NCBI RefSeq assembly: GCF_964355755.1
Contig: NC_092675.1
Location: forward strand, 31,282,912 to 31,346,911
From: Antedon mediterranea
Lineage: Eukaryota; Animalia; Echinodermata
Direction of reading: 5' to 3'
DNA: 64,000 bases
Below are positions 33,716 through 47,281 of this stretch, in pieces. Below the pieces are notes generated by a model. The model saw only the letters and a program-made list of their open reading frames with translations, made no database searches and was not told where the DNA came from. The position numbers and the translations under genes are program-made. Within the stretch, counting starts at the first letter, position 1; every line of letters starts with the position of its first letter.

Positions 33716-35984
33716 TGGATGACAAGGACATTTGCTGCTGGACATTAGGACATCTGCTGCTGGACAGTAGATTCTCCATAAACTGTGTTGCAATGGAAAA
33801 CTGGATTTTCTAATCTGATCTCAACAAACTGTACACAAGTCAAATTGAAGTGTAAGGAATGTAGTCATGTGACCAATCCCACCTAACCTAGCACAGCCTG
33901 TTACAAACAATACCATAGTTATTCACTGAAGTGGAACAAAAGGTTGAAGAGGAAATGGAAACATTTTCAGCATTTAATACCTGTGGAATTTTCCTATTGT
34001 ATGTGAAGTAATTTCCATCATTTTTAATCAAAAGGTATGCTTGGAAATTTTAGAATTTAATTAATCATCTTAAAATGGCAAGAGTAAAATTCTGTGATGT
34101 AACTAAATACGTAAGCATGACAATTTATGTACAGAAACTAAAATTCAACAAAACTAGTAGTAAAACTAAGACTTTAATTAATTAATTTAATACCAAAATA
34201 TAAGGTTTGTTATGACAACTATAATGTGGTCACTCTGTCAAAGTTGGCTCCTTGTGTGACGCACATTGTATGTAATTAGTGCACCTTGTAGGATGTTATT
34301 GTTTAAATTGTGATGTCAGATGTCACTCTTCCAACAAGGATTTGTTAGCATCATACTTAGTAGTTACTGTATACTGTATATAATACATTTTTATTGTAAA
34401 TAATTCTTTTTCAACGTTATTGTCCACTAAATTGTACATGTTGTAAATAAATTATATATATAGTATTTAACAGATTTATTAAAGCAATATAAATATTTTA
34501 AAAAGCAATGAAACTGTTTTGGGAAAAAATTGTAGTAAATTGTATCAATTTCTAAAATAGCCAAGTGAATGGTTTTTGTTTGTTTTTCTTTTTTTTATAG
34601 AAAGGTTAATATATTGGTGAGTTCTATTTCTATTGAGATAGGATATTGATAGATGGGTTACACAATCTTGTTGTTCTGCAATGTATACATTAATGTTCTT
34701 TCATGTTTACAAACACAAACATTGTAAATATTGTGAAAAAAACATACATATGAATGAATAGTTACAAATTAAGGAAAAAGAAACTGTAAAAATACTGTGT
34801 TAAATGAATTACTATTTAGATATTGATTTGTGTACATTGTTTATAAATGATGTTGTAAGACCTAGATTTCAAGTTTTACACCTTGTAGAAATTGCATATA
34901 TTTCTGCATTGCCTTTATACTGTAGAAATAGAATTAAAATGAATGTATGTATGTTTTTGGGACAAACCACATTTTGCGTCATGTTTCTAGTATCATTAGA
35001 GATGTCTCATCATACTGTATTTAACTCATTTTTTACAGATATAAAGCAACATTTTTCTGTCAGATAAATGTTATTATGTAACTCCTATGGGAGTAGAATT
35101 TTAAAATGTTTGTAAGCTTTTGATGAATAATAAAAGCAAAATAAAAGTTTAATTTTGTCTTTGTTATTTGTGTTGGCAATGAGGGTAAAGAATTTAAATT
35201 ATTATTGTGGTTGGAGTGGAATGTATATTGTATAATAGACTAGAATCACATATTATCAGACAGATTGGAATGTTTCCTTGTTGTAAAGACTGCCACAATT
35301 ATATTCCAAGTAAAAGGTGACCTTTGCAGCAAGAAAGGTGACTCATTCACAAGTAGTCTGTTATTAGCATTCAACACTAGCAAAGCAACATCATAACAAC
35401 AATACACATTAATATTATGGCAACATTTTGAGTATTGTGATTTGCGTTACCTAATGTGTCCCAAAAAACCTTATGTCGATGTATGTCGCGAGGGTAATAA
35501 GTAGGATGGGATTAACACAGAAATGTCTTCTTTGAAAGAAGGGGGTGGGGGTGGGGAAGGATCCACAATTATTTAAACCGGGTGTATATCCTTGAAATGG
35601 CGCTATAAGTCCCGAACCTATAAAATACCAAATATGGCCACAAGGATCAATGATGTAATAATAATAATTGATAAAAGATTTATAATTTGAAACTTCATTA
35701 TTAAACGGAAGAGGATTTCGGTTGCTTAATATTAATAGATTCTAATTGAATCAAATTAGTAAACCAAAGGTAATGTAGACCCTATAGAGAAAACGAAAAT
35801 GCCTAAATGAATAGACCAACCGGATACAGAGGTACATTTACTGCGGAAGTAAACACTATAGACTTGTTTGCTTTTCAAACAATAGTATAAAGGCGATATC
35901 TATCACCCGGCTTAAATATTAATATCACCGCCGGAAACGATAACAAAACTACCATAAATTATATACAATATGGGTTGGGATAAT

Positions 35985-37155
35985 GAAAGTGGTTTTTTAA
36001 CTCTCTTATTCAGAAAAAAAAACGGCCGAAATTTGCCCATTTTTGAAAAAATCTATGTTCAAAATTCAGTTATTATGCCAAAAATATATGCATATAATTA
36101 TGTTGCATATATTGCGTTATCACCATCTTATACTATAGTACAGGGACATTTTTGAAAAATGGCCAATTTTCGACCCTTTTATTTTTTGACATAAATGGTT
36201 ACTATTGCATAATAAACATGCGCAGAGGCGAATAATGGGTTCTGCGCATGTGAATTGTGCTATAGTAACCAGTTTTATCGAAAAATAAAAAGGTCGAAAA
36301 TTTGCTATTTTTTGAAAAATCCCTGTACTATAGTACAGAGAAATTTTCGAAAAATTGCCGATTTTCGACCCTTTTATTTTTTGACATAAATGGTTACTAT
36401 TGCATAATAATATGCGCAGAGACGAATAATGTCAATTGTGCTATATTAACCATATTTGACACAATGCCTAAATGGTTGCGCTCCAAAATATCTCTCAGAA
36501 TTGTTGACAGTCAAGAAGGGAAAGCGAGAACTAAGATCTAGTCATCAGGTGCTACTGGACATTCCAAGGAGCAAACATAGTTGGGGAGATTGGACTTTCA
36601 GTGTTGCTGGACCTAGGCTCTGGAACCACCTACCCTTGAACATTAAACACACATCATATTGAGTCACTTTAAGTCACTACTCAAAACTCACCTTTTCTGA
36701 TTTTTTACAGCGCCATGAGCAATGAATGTTGGAATGGCGCTATAGAAATCGAACGATTGATTGATTGATTGATAGCACAATTTACATGCGCAGAACCCAT
36801 TATTCGACTCTGCGCATGTTTATTATGCTATAGTAACCATTTATGTCAAAACTGGTTACTTTTGACATAAATGGTTACTATAGCATAATAAACATGCGCA
36901 GAGTTGACTAATGGTTCTGCGCATGTTAATTGTGCTATAGTAACCAGTTTTATCGAAAAATAAAAAGGTCGAAAAATGGCAATTTTTTGGAAAATTTTTT
37001 TTTGAAAAATGGCCGATTTTCGACCCTTTTATTTTTTGACATAAACTATTGCATAATAAACATGCGCAGAGACGAATAATGGGTTCTGCGAATGTCAATT
37101 GTGCTATAGTAACCAGTTTTGACATAAATGGTTACTATAGCATGATAGATGCGCA
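35985..37155. repeat. Complex modular repeat with direct and inverted hairpin-containing units (probable non-autonomous DNA element)
   Basis: Recurrent ttttgacataaatggttactat, catgcgcaga..tctgcgcatg, ttttcgacccttttatttttt in both orientations. Confidence 0.75.
36458..36773 (+). mobile_element. 5'-truncated L2-clade LINE fragment (ORF2 C-terminus, 3' UTR, (attg)n tail)
   Basis: APKYLSELL...LRSS...GDWTFSVAGPRLWNHLP; 3' agcgccat...atggcgct stem and gattgattgattgattgat tail. Confidence 0.85.
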
Positions 37156-37697
37156 GATTTGGCTATTTCTTTCTCTGTACATGGACTTTTTCGAAAATGG
37201 TAATTCCATCCTTTCCTTAGCAACAAACAGTCCACTGTGGAAGTTCGTTTGTGGAAGCCGCGTGAGGTCACGTGTGGACGTACGAAGACTGTAGGCCTAC
37301 AGGAAATGTGTGGACATAAAATAAATTCAGATCAAGACATTCATCCTGCTCATCTGAACCGCGAAAGATCATTGTTTTCAGAATGATTTTTGTTGTCAGA
37401 ATCCAAGCAAGGGTGACGATGTATCCATTGTTGAATATTAAATGAATCTGCTGACTCACAGGCAAATGGGCGAAATTAATATCGATGAATCACCTTCTAA
37501 ACTATCCAATCAGATATTGTTGTCGCGCGCCACCGATATGTTGGTGGACATATTACCATAATATTTAATCCTTGTAATTATGTGATGAGTAAAAATGTAT
37601 GTTTAAATCATGCATATGCTTTGATATTTAACAACTATTAACTAATATATGGACTTTTTTCAATTTCTCTTATTCCACCAATCTGTATGAGGGTTCA

Positions 37698-38075
37698 CAT
37701 GAGCTGTGAAAATGTGATAAACAAAGCATTGTCAGGAATATGTGTCCTCCACCCCCCCCCCCCCCCTCTCCCTCCCCATCGTCCATCGATGGGTCTCTGT
37801 AGCATGAGCTTAGTCTGGGCTCCAGACGGAGTTTTGTCTTAATATTAGTAAAAATATAAATATTTTTGCACATATGGCGTTTCATACGTGTATTACTTGA
37901 GTTTGTATTTTCAGAGAAAAATCGCGGTCGAAATAAAAACAAATAAATATAAAAAAAGACAATAAATACAGACTGGGGCAAGTCTAGCATGAGCTGTGAA
38001 AATGTGATAAACAAAGCATTGTCAGGGATATGTGTCCTCCTCCCTCCCCCCTCCCCACCGTCTCTTCTCTGTAGT
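37698..38075. repeat. Pair of direct repeats 290 bp apart, each ending in a C-rich tract
   Basis: catgagctgtgaaaatgtgataaacaaagcattgtcagg.atatgtgtcctcc at 37698 and 37988. Confidence 0.85.
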
Positions 38076-38103
38076 CTCGGGTCAATAGTAAAAGAATGTA
38101 TTC

Positions 38104-40608
38104 GTGACAAGTAAGTTGGCACTCAGTGCAGATACCACGCAAATGTCTGGATTTTTAAAGTTGAATGCCATTTTGCAGTCGCATGAGGTCAATGACAAAC
38201 CGGTGTTGACCCCGAACAGATCAATAACACTACTGGAACCAGACAAAGGAAGAAGATACATTGTCGGATATGATAGGTCGTCTATTGACAGTTATGGGGC
38301 CCTAAAAATGTCATCTCTTAATCTTGTTCAACTTGTAAATTTTCCTACCAGATATGCAAATAATGGATCACATTCTATGTTAGACCTTGTGTTCTGTAAT
38401 AATAATGACATTATTCATAATGTCACAGGTGAACCTGGAATTAGTACAAGTGATCATATAGGTATCTTCTTTGACTTAGCTGGACGGTTGGTCTGTCCTA
38501 AACAAGTTCCTAGATATTTTTATCAATATAAAAAGGTTAATCATGATGATTTTTTCCAAACTCTTAATTCAGTCCCGTGGGATATCTGCTTTACACAGCT
38601 TAACTTAGATTCCACTTGGGCTTGTTTTAAAGACCTTTTTCTAGCCGCAATTGATGATTGCATACCCAAAGCTAAAAGCAAACCTCGCAGAAAATCAATC
38701 TGGATAACAACTGAAATTATTAAAATGTCTCGTAAAAAGAGACGCCTTTATCGAGATGCAAAGAAACATCCGAATAACATGTATAAGTGGGAAAAATACA
38801 GAAAATTTAGTAACGCATTGCGTGAAACTACGAGAAAGTCTCATTATGATTACCTCCATAATCTTAGTTTAGGCTGTAAATCTAATCCTAAACGATTTTG
38901 GTCATATGTTAAGAAAAAACGAAAATGTGCAACAGAAAGAAAGTATACTTTAAACGGCAATATCATAGATTCAGATTTAAATGCTACTAAAGCATTTTCG
39001 AAATATTTTCATTCTAATTTTACTGAAGATAATGATGATTTCAATGTAACAAACGAAACATCTTATTGTAATCACAGTGAAATTGTCTTACCTTTAACTA
39101 GTATTGTCATCAATAGGGATCAAATTTTCCGTGCCCTGTTATCTTTAGATACTAATAAATCCCCTGGGCCCGACGGGATTACCCCTATGATGTTGAGTAT
39201 GGCTGCACCTGTTATATCCCCAATTTTGCTTAAAATTTTTCAAATGTCCCTTGACCAAGGCATTGTGGTGAAGGAATGGAAATTGGCCAATGTTGTACCA
39301 ATTTTTAAATCTGGTAGTAGAAATGATATAAGTAATTATAGACCAATATCACTTTGTTCAGTTGTTGGCAAAGTTCTAGAACGTATTGTGGCTGATCATT
39401 TTTTATTTCATCTTCAATGTAATGCGTTTGTTAGTCCTGTACAGCACGGGTTCTATCCTGGAAGATCTTGTATTACACAAGCTTCATCCATATACCACGA
39501 ATGGTCCAAAATATTAGATGGTACGAACCCACCAGTCGTCGATGCTATATTCCTTGATTGGGAAAAAGCATTTGACCGTGTGAGTCACCCTAAACTATTA
39601 CGTAAGCTCCACAATTTTGGTCTATGTGGTCCAATTTTGAAATGGATGGGCTCATTTCTTACTGATCGTTGCCAACAGATTGTCCTTAATGGACTGATAT
39701 CTGACCGTACACAAGTTGTTTCAGGTGTACCTCAAGGGTCGGTACTTGGCCCATTACTTTTCAACTCGTTCGTTTTTGACCTCCCTATGTCGATCACCTC
39801 TCAAATTAGACAATATGCCGACGATACGGTGGTGTTCAGGCCAATTAGATGTGAATATGATGCGATATTACTTCAAAAAGATCTAGATAACATCGATGAA
39901 TGGTGTCAAAATAACATGATGAGACTTAATGCTAAAAAATGCAAAGTTCTCCATATTACTCGCAAACGTAATCCCATTCATGCTCGTTATCATATTCACA
40001 CTAATGACCTTCAAGCAGTTACCTCCTACAAATATCTTGGTATTCACTTTGAAAGCAATCTCTCTTGGTCAACGCATGTGTCCGCAATTACCACAAAATC
40101 TCTCCAAATTGTCGGATTCATAAAGCGTTTTGTGATATTTAACGACCCTGTAATTTTGATGAGGCTTTTTAACGGTTTATGTAGGCCCATACTTGAGTAT
40201 GCTGCCCCTGTTTGGGTGCCTCATCAAAAACAACATATTACTAGCATAAATAAACCTCTTCGAAGGATCACAAAATTGTGTGCTAAGGGCGATTACGAGC
40301 AACGGCTTGAACATTTAAATTTGCCTTCTATGGACCAGAGAGTGTGTTTTCTCAGTATACTTTTTATTATGAAATGTATGTATGGTCGAATTGATCTTAA
40401 TATTCACGATTTTGTTGATTTTAATCCAAGGTATTCCGAATCAGTTATTTTTAAACACAAATATGCCAGAACCAATTCTTTTAAATATTCATTGTACACT
40501 AATTTTCCCCGTGTATGGCAAGAGATTCCTAATTATATTAGAGAACATTCTTTATTTAGTTTTAACACATTTGTGACAGCTCTCCGGTCTTATGTCAGGC
40601 AACTTTAA
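38104..40608 (+). CDS. Non-LTR retrotransposon ORF2 (C-terminal part of APE endonuclease + reverse transcriptase), CR1/L2-group, 5'-truncated but uninterrupted
   Basis: 834-aa ORF: QLVNFPTR..LDLVF..SDH (APE end), KSPGPDG, NYRPISL, QHGF, LDWEKAFDRV, SGVPQGSVLGPLLF, YADD, YKYLG, RPILEYA. Confidence 0.95.
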   Translation: MTSKLALSADTTQMSGFLKLNAILQSHEVNDKPVLTPNRSITLLEPDKGRRYIVGYDRSSIDSYGALKMSSLNLVQLVNFPTRYANNGSHSMLDLVFCNNNDIIHNVTGEPGISTSDHIGIFFDLAGRLVCPKQVPRYFYQYKKVNHDDFFQTLNSVPWDICFTQLNLDSTWACFKDLFLAAIDDCIPKAKSKPRRKSIWITTEIIKMSRKKRRLYRDAKKHPNNMYKWEKYRKFSNALRETTRKSHYDYLHNLSLGCKSNPKRFWSYVKKKRKCATERKYTLNGNIIDSDLNATKAFSKYFHSNFTEDNDDFNVTNETSYCNHSEIVLPLTSIVINRDQIFRALLSLDTNKSPGPDGITPMMLSMAAPVISPILLKIFQMSLDQGIVVKEWKLANVVPIFKSGSRNDISNYRPISLCSVVGKVLERIVADHFLFHLQCNAFVSPVQHGFYPGRSCITQASSIYHEWSKILDGTNPPVVDAIFLDWEKAFDRVSHPKLLRKLHNFGLCGPILKWMGSFLTDRCQQIVLNGLISDRTQVVSGVPQGSVLGPLLFNSFVFDLPMSITSQIRQYADDTVVFRPIRCEYDAILLQKDLDNIDEWCQNNMMRLNAKKCKVLHITRKRNPIHARYHIHTNDLQAVTSYKYLGIHFESNLSWSTHVSAITTKSLQIVGFIKRFVIFNDPVILMRLFNGLCRPILEYAAPVWVPHQKQHITSINKPLRRITKLCAKGDYEQRLEHLNLPSMDQRVCFLSILFIMKCMYGRIDLNIHDFVDFNPRYSESVIFKHKYARTNSFKYSLYTNFPRVWQEIPNYIREHSLFSFNTFVTALRSYVRQL

Positions 40609-40912
40609 ACTTTTTATTTTTTTTTTTATCTTTAAACAATCATTTTTATCTGTACATAATATTTATATATATATATTTTTTAGATTCAATTTTAATGATT
40701 GTTCAACTTGATGCCTCGCAATTTTAAATTTTTATATCTTTGTCTTTTTATGGTTTACTTATATGTTCAAGTGCAGTATATGGAGAGCCATCTCGATAGT
40801 GCTTTGCACTCATGGCAATCCTCAGGGTGCTGCACCGCTGTCTTGTTGTCATGTATTTTTGTGCCTGAAAATTGAATAAAATAAAAAAAAAAAAAATAAA
40901 AAAATAAAAAAA
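38305..40912 (+). mobile_element. Young 5'-truncated LINE with 3' UTR and A-rich tail
   Basis: ORF2 as above, ~270-nt 3' UTR, aataaa plus A-rich tail 40875-40912. Confidence 0.88.
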
Positions 40913-42409
40913 GACTCTTTTTTTGCGACGCATTGCGATCACTGCGACAAGCGACATAATGAAACAAATCTACTTTTACAATGTTTTTTAAGGATACAGA
41001 GACCTGTAATTAAATTAATTACTCCATCATTAAACATTTCCGAGTGAAAATGATATACAATTTAGGCCTACAGTAATTTCAGCAATTGAATCCCCTCTCC
41101 CTTCTTTTTCTAGATATCATCTCGGTTCTATGTCATATCGGTTCTATACGCAGGGGGAATGGAAGCAGGAAATACAAATTTCTACTAAATTTGAAATATT
41201 TTGTATTATAGTGACCTTGGTCGCGTTGTTTTCTGATCAACTGTACTGAGGTAAATTTGAGAAATGCAATTAGGCCTACACAGTCTTGTTTTACACAAGC
41301 TTCGTCAACCATGGACCTATAATTACAATTAGGTAAATGTATAGGTCACCATGTGTCAACTACAAACATCAAAACAACAAGAAAAATAAGAGGAAGACGA
41401 TTAAAAAAAAGAAATTGTATAAATGCCGAATTCCTACTGCCTACTTACTATTTAAAATTCTTTTGAGATGGATGAATATTTTATCGACAATTATAGTACA
41501 TTTATTATGTATGTTTGTGACCTTGTTATGTTTATCGGAATGACAAACGACCTTGCTTAGCACGCGAACACTGTCAGGTCGAGGACCGCTTGATTGTCAA
41601 CGTCGGTTTTGTGCTGTGATTTATGATACTCATCGAGGGGGTCCTAATGCAATTTTCAAATGGTATGTAGGCCTACACATTCAGGGAAATCCCCTTTCCA
41701 TATACTACAGTAGAATTGCACGCTCCGCGCGCACACCCATACTTTACACACGTACGTGCGATATAAAATACATACAAAAGTAATTCATAGATTAGAATTA
41801 AAAGAACTAAAAAGTATATAGATAAAATACTAATTGATACGTAAATTATTTATATTTATACAGCAATTTTACTCAAAAAAAGGAAGGGCGGAGAGAACAT
41901 AATATATAGGCCTATAAAAACATAAACATTTACTGTTTTAAACTGCTATTATGTCGTGTTAATTTGACGTGTTAACCGATCCACTCATTTCCGCGACAAA
42001 TGATAAACATTGAATTGCAAATTGCAGATATTATAATCGACATCATTTCGTAGAATTTATATTCTCTGGAGGCAACACAACTCTCAACCGAAGGACGAGT
42101 TACAATCACGTTCAACATAATGCGCATGCGCTGTTATCAATATGGTCTTTAAGCGACTACAGTAAAGAGGTTGCATATTTTTTCGTACAGAAAATCAACG
42201 CATAATATAATCAAGTGTGTAGGCAAATGTATATTAAAACTGTTATTGATTGGGCCTATAACAGAGGGTTTTTTCTACCGCGATGACACTTCATTTTGAT
42301 GTTTGCATCTGGCGGTATTCTTTTTATCGATAGCAATACCATATTTCCGAATTCATCGATCAAGTTCACATTTATTCAGTACCGTAGTGATATGGTTAGG
42401 TAGGCTATA

Positions 42410-44030
42410 CTCTTTATTCTTTATTTCAAGCCAACGGTGTAAAACACCAATAACAGGTTGAAAATAAAATAACTAAACTATAAATATAAGCCAATATAAG
42501 TATATACAAAATGTAAATAAGATTATTTAAATAATTTCATTAATAATACATTTAAATTGAGAGAAATTACAGTTAAAGATATCTAAAGAATTATTTTTTA
42601 AAAGACATGAATTGTACAAAGACGAGAGTCTACAGAAAATACCATTTTTACAAACATTGACACGAGAAAATTTAACATGAAGAAAGGGTTTAATACGAAG
42701 ATTACGAACAGGAACATTAAAATAAAACAACGAAACAAGATTAAAATCAAACTACTTAGAAGTAAGACATTTAAACAGGAAATGCAAATCCTGTCTTGCT
42801 CTCCTAGATGTCGGGGAAACAATAGGAGGCAGGTTGGCTGCTGGGCCGACAAAGCGCAAGAACTTGTTATGAGTCCGATCTATTCTAGAGGCTTGAGAAG
42901 CAGAGAGTGAGTTGTAAATAATTGAACAGAAATTGAAAGATGGTTGGATGAGGGAAAGATAAAGCGCACGTTTGGTGTATGGAGAGAAATGTTTGCAATT
43001 GCGCCACATCAGCCCAAGCAGCCTATTGGCCTTTCTGACAACATGATCAACGTGTGAAATAAATGTCAGTTAATTACGGTCGATGAAAATGCCGAGGTCC
43101 CGATAAGAATTTACACTTTCAAGGACTTCTTCTTGAACAGAGTAAGCGAAAATAATAGGTTTTTCTTAAGAGAGCAAGACATGACTTTGCATTTCTCGGA
43201 CTTCAGGGACATTTTCCAGTCGGAAACCCACGTACCGAGTCTTTCCAGATCTGCCTGAAGTGCAACGGAGAGTGGTGGTAATAATTTTGTAAATCTTGAG
43301 GTCGTCAGCGAACATAAGACAGTTGGAATTTTGAAAGAGATTTGGTATTTCATTTACAAATATATTGAACAGCAGGGGGGGCAAGAATGGAACCTTGAGG
43401 CACGCCTGAGATGACTGGGAGAGCATTGGATGTGGCACCATCAATTACTACTCTCTGCAACCTACCGCCGAGATAACCTTTAAACCATGAGAATAAAGTA
43501 CCATTAATGCCAAACTGATGAAGTTTTAATAATAATAGGTTGTGGGACAATTTATCAAAAGCTTTACTAAAGTCGGTGTAGATTATGTCACATTGCTTTT
43601 TAGTTTCGATGGCTTCATACACAGAGTAGACAGAAGAGTAGCGAGGTTTGTTTCACAAGATCTACCAGGCATGAAGCCATGTTGATCTTGGGAAATAATG
43701 GGCGATACATGACATAATAGTTGAGTGTTGACAAGCCTTTCAAGAATGTTGGAGATAGTTGGGAGGAGGGAGATGGGTCCATAGTTTTGGACTTTAGATT
43801 TTGAACCATTTTTATGTATTGGGACAACGTTTGCAGTCTTCCACTGGTCAGGGAAAGTGCCAGATGAAATTGAATGTTTAAAAATATTGGTAATGGGTAA
43901 AGATAAGGTAGAAGAGCAAAGTTTAAGAGTATGATCACTGATAGGATCATTGCCAACTGCCTTATCCACACTGACTGACCTCAAGAAGTATTCGACATTA
44001 TCTTGATAACTAATGACGTTATTGTACAAT
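42410..44030 (-). mobile_element. Decayed 5'-truncated LINE (RT pseudogene), CR1/L2-group
   Basis: Frameshifted fragments WKTANVVPIHK, QHGFMPGRSCETNL, YTDFSKAFDK, SGVPQGSIL, MFADDLKIY, ALYLSLIQP; tail (gaataaa)n on - strand at ~42410-42427. Confidence 0.92.
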
Positions 44031-44885
44031 GGAGAGCTGACGTCACGATCTCCGTCAAAAATGTACTGTGTATTGTATTATTCCAACGTTTTCAATTTTA
44101 TAAAAACGTGTGAACTTTGATTTTATTTCAGACATAATACAATTTTTCGTTTATTATACTAGTATAATAATCGTAATTGGCGTTGTAAGTTGTATCAAAG
44201 GGCATTAGGATTATTTCTGTATGTAAAAATTGGTCAAATTGTTGATGTGTTACACCCACTTCCTGTGGTTAGGGAAAAAAGACCTTTTCAAATCATTTTG
44301 TAGTTTTTTATCATTTACAACAAAATTATTTTAACCGCAAACATGCTTGCCTTATTCAATAAACAAAAGTAGGCCTACCGAGGAAATAAAATAGGTTTAA
44401 CATTTTTTTACAATTTAATTTAGTTTCGGTTTTTATTTTCGAAATCGTAACTTCCATTTACGGTCACAAATGCAAGATCCGGGAGATAAGATTTAACATT
44501 AGTTTAAGTAAAATGCAGGGATTTATAAATTTAAGATTATAATGTGGCAACAACAAAAAACGACACTATGTACTTAAAAATCCTATTCACTACGTCATAT
44601 AATATTAATATCATTAACCTAACCTTTCCATGTTTTTATAACGATATGCCTACATACATTTCATGGATACATTATGATTTCAATTCAACCCCGTGACTAG
44701 TAATGCCCGATGTATTTTCATCAAGAGATGGTATTTCAATGATGACGCAACACCATGATACAATTTCACCTCATAAAACCAGGGACGAAAAATACACGCA
44801 GCATCTAAATACACGTGTCATAACCTGGAAATGTTTCCATAAAATAAATGTATGGGTTAGGACTATATCAAATTTATGGAGGTAT

Positions 44886-45160
44886 AGTGGCGTAAACGAT
44901 GAAAATAAAGAGGTCACTCATCGGCCACAGCAGTGACATATTATTAATATTAAGGAATAGTAATGACCACTACAACCAATAGTAGGCTAATTGACAGTAG
45001 GCCCAGTAGTGGCGTAAACGAGGAACATAAAGAGGTCACTCATCGGCCACAGCAGTGACATAAATTATTATTAATATTAATGAATAGTATAGACCGCTAC
45101 AACCAATAGTAGGCTAATTGACAGTAGGCCAGTAGTGGGCGTAAACAATGAAAATAAAGA
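44886..45160. repeat. ~122-125-bp tandem repeat, ~2.3 copies
   Basis: agtggcgtaaacga.gaa.ataaagaggtcactcatcggccacagcagtgacat at 44886, 45008 and (partial) 45133. Confidence 0.88.
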
Positions 45161-47281
45161 GACAATGCATCTATTTTAGTAAGTAGCAATTCCCAGTTCG
45201 ACAACTGATAAGATGATGATGTAATCTTGAATCGTTGATAAGATGATGATGTCATCTTGAATCGATGCTTTATTAAATGAACGTATCAACATACGTTATA
45301 AATGATGCAATACTAATTAATAACAATAATATTATTAGGCCTATGGTGTTTATTTTGTTGGTAAACAAACTTGATTTTGATTTGTACACGTAACATTGTA
45401 GTTTCGTTGTTTACTATTCATTTTCTTTTCGTTTATTTTGGTCACAAGTTGCACTTTGCCAAAAACTGAATAATACTGCTATGTTATTTAAAAAGCAAGA
45501 AGCAACACTGGATGCTGAGGCAAACGACACACCATGGAGGAAATATATAAATATTTCTATAAATTTCCTCTATGAACAAACTAAACACTACAAAACAAGA
45601 ATGATGGATTTACCTATCAATCATTTATTATCAACACTGAAGACGACAACTTATTCTTCTTAGTTCATTAGTTTATGAATAATTGTACATGATTATCAGC
45701 CTTGTAGTAACACAAATATCAACATTCTTACTTTGGTCACGTTTTACTCACAAGTCCACTATTATTAAACAACAAAATTTAACATATTCACTAGTATGAC
45801 AATTATTATTAGATTAGGAGTACTGTATTTACTGGGTCACAAATTCAGCTTACTGGGAATATCACAAAATAGTTCCACATGCCTTGTATTGTAGATGAAT
45901 ATTGCATTTGTATTTTTTTGTTGACAGAATAATAGTAAAAGAAACAATTCCAAATATTTTACATATTGGATCCTACCAGCGTACTAGCAACACAATGGTT
46001 ATAAAATGCACCAAGGTTAAGCATAGCTAAGTAGGTCACCTGTTGTAGAACAATACAATATCATATATTATTATTTACTTACCGACAGGGGCCAAGGAGT
46101 CAACTAATTCATATAGGTCAGTATTTTACAATATTATCATATTGGATATTTCTTATTATCATATTGGATATTTCATCATCTCAGTGAGTCACAAATGAAT
46201 CCTATATGAGGTGACTGAACATTAATGTTTAACATTTCTACCTCATTGACTGTTTGATATTGTTTGTTATTGTTTTGGAGCGAGCTTTGAAGGTTTTACC
46301 CAGCAAGTATTTAAAAAGTTGGAAGAATACAAACTATTTGACACAATATTAAATATTTATAGAATATTTCAAAAGAAAAATAAAATAACAGAAGAGTGCA
46401 TATTTCAACCTTTGACATGAGTAAAACATTTTACGGTGAAACTAAACATTTATTAACAAATTATTTTCCATGACAGTCTATTATACCTAAACATAGAAGT
46501 ATATATCTCTTGTTATTACTTTATATATATTGTATATCTATCTACAAAATGCAACATGTCTGTTGTATTTTATACTACAGAGTAAAGATGTAGGATTTAA
46601 GCAACAACACATTAGTTTACCTATCTTGATCATCAAATCAAGAATTTCAAAATAACATTCAATAAATAAAGATGGAATGGATTATTCAATTTTAAACAAA
46701 GTATTTGGAGTTGTAATTTGTGATTATTGAAGAGGTTCAAATTCTTAACTTGTCTTCCATCTCCTTTTTTTTATTTAGCGGATCTTCTTGTATAATCATA
46801 ATAATGGTTTGGATTATAATAAATAATTCATAACTATTAATTGCTGTACTGACACTGTTCTGTTCAACTTGTTGGCTTAAGCCTCTAATAATCTCCAATG
46901 ACTGAGGTGATATTCAAGTTGTTTATTCAGTAGTTCATATTACCATACATACAAATGTAATTAGTGTGAAGATGCATTTCAATCAATCAAAGATCATTAA
47001 CAATTATGATACTAAACCTAGATTGTAGGTAAGCTGTCTTAAGTACAAGGTTGATACATAACCTTTTCTTAAAACCCATTTTACAGTACAAAATGTGTCT
47101 TTTACAATGCAAGTTAAAACCTTTATGTACACACAAAATGTCTGTCTGGATATCAAAGGGAATCTATGGTTATAACAGACTTGCTGAAGATCCAGTAGTA
47201 TACCACAGACCAAAATATTCCTATCTCTATTGTACTGTAGTATATACTCTGCATTTATTTGAAAGATCTCGCTTCATCTGT

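Noticed and set aside
37670-38122. 150-aa minus-strand ORF with Gly runs
   Set aside because: Arises from the duplicated C-rich direct repeats; no domain or splice support.
37951-40915. aaaaaaagac as target-site duplication of the LINE
   Set aside because: Low complexity and ~350 nt from the apparent 5' breakpoint; not convincing.
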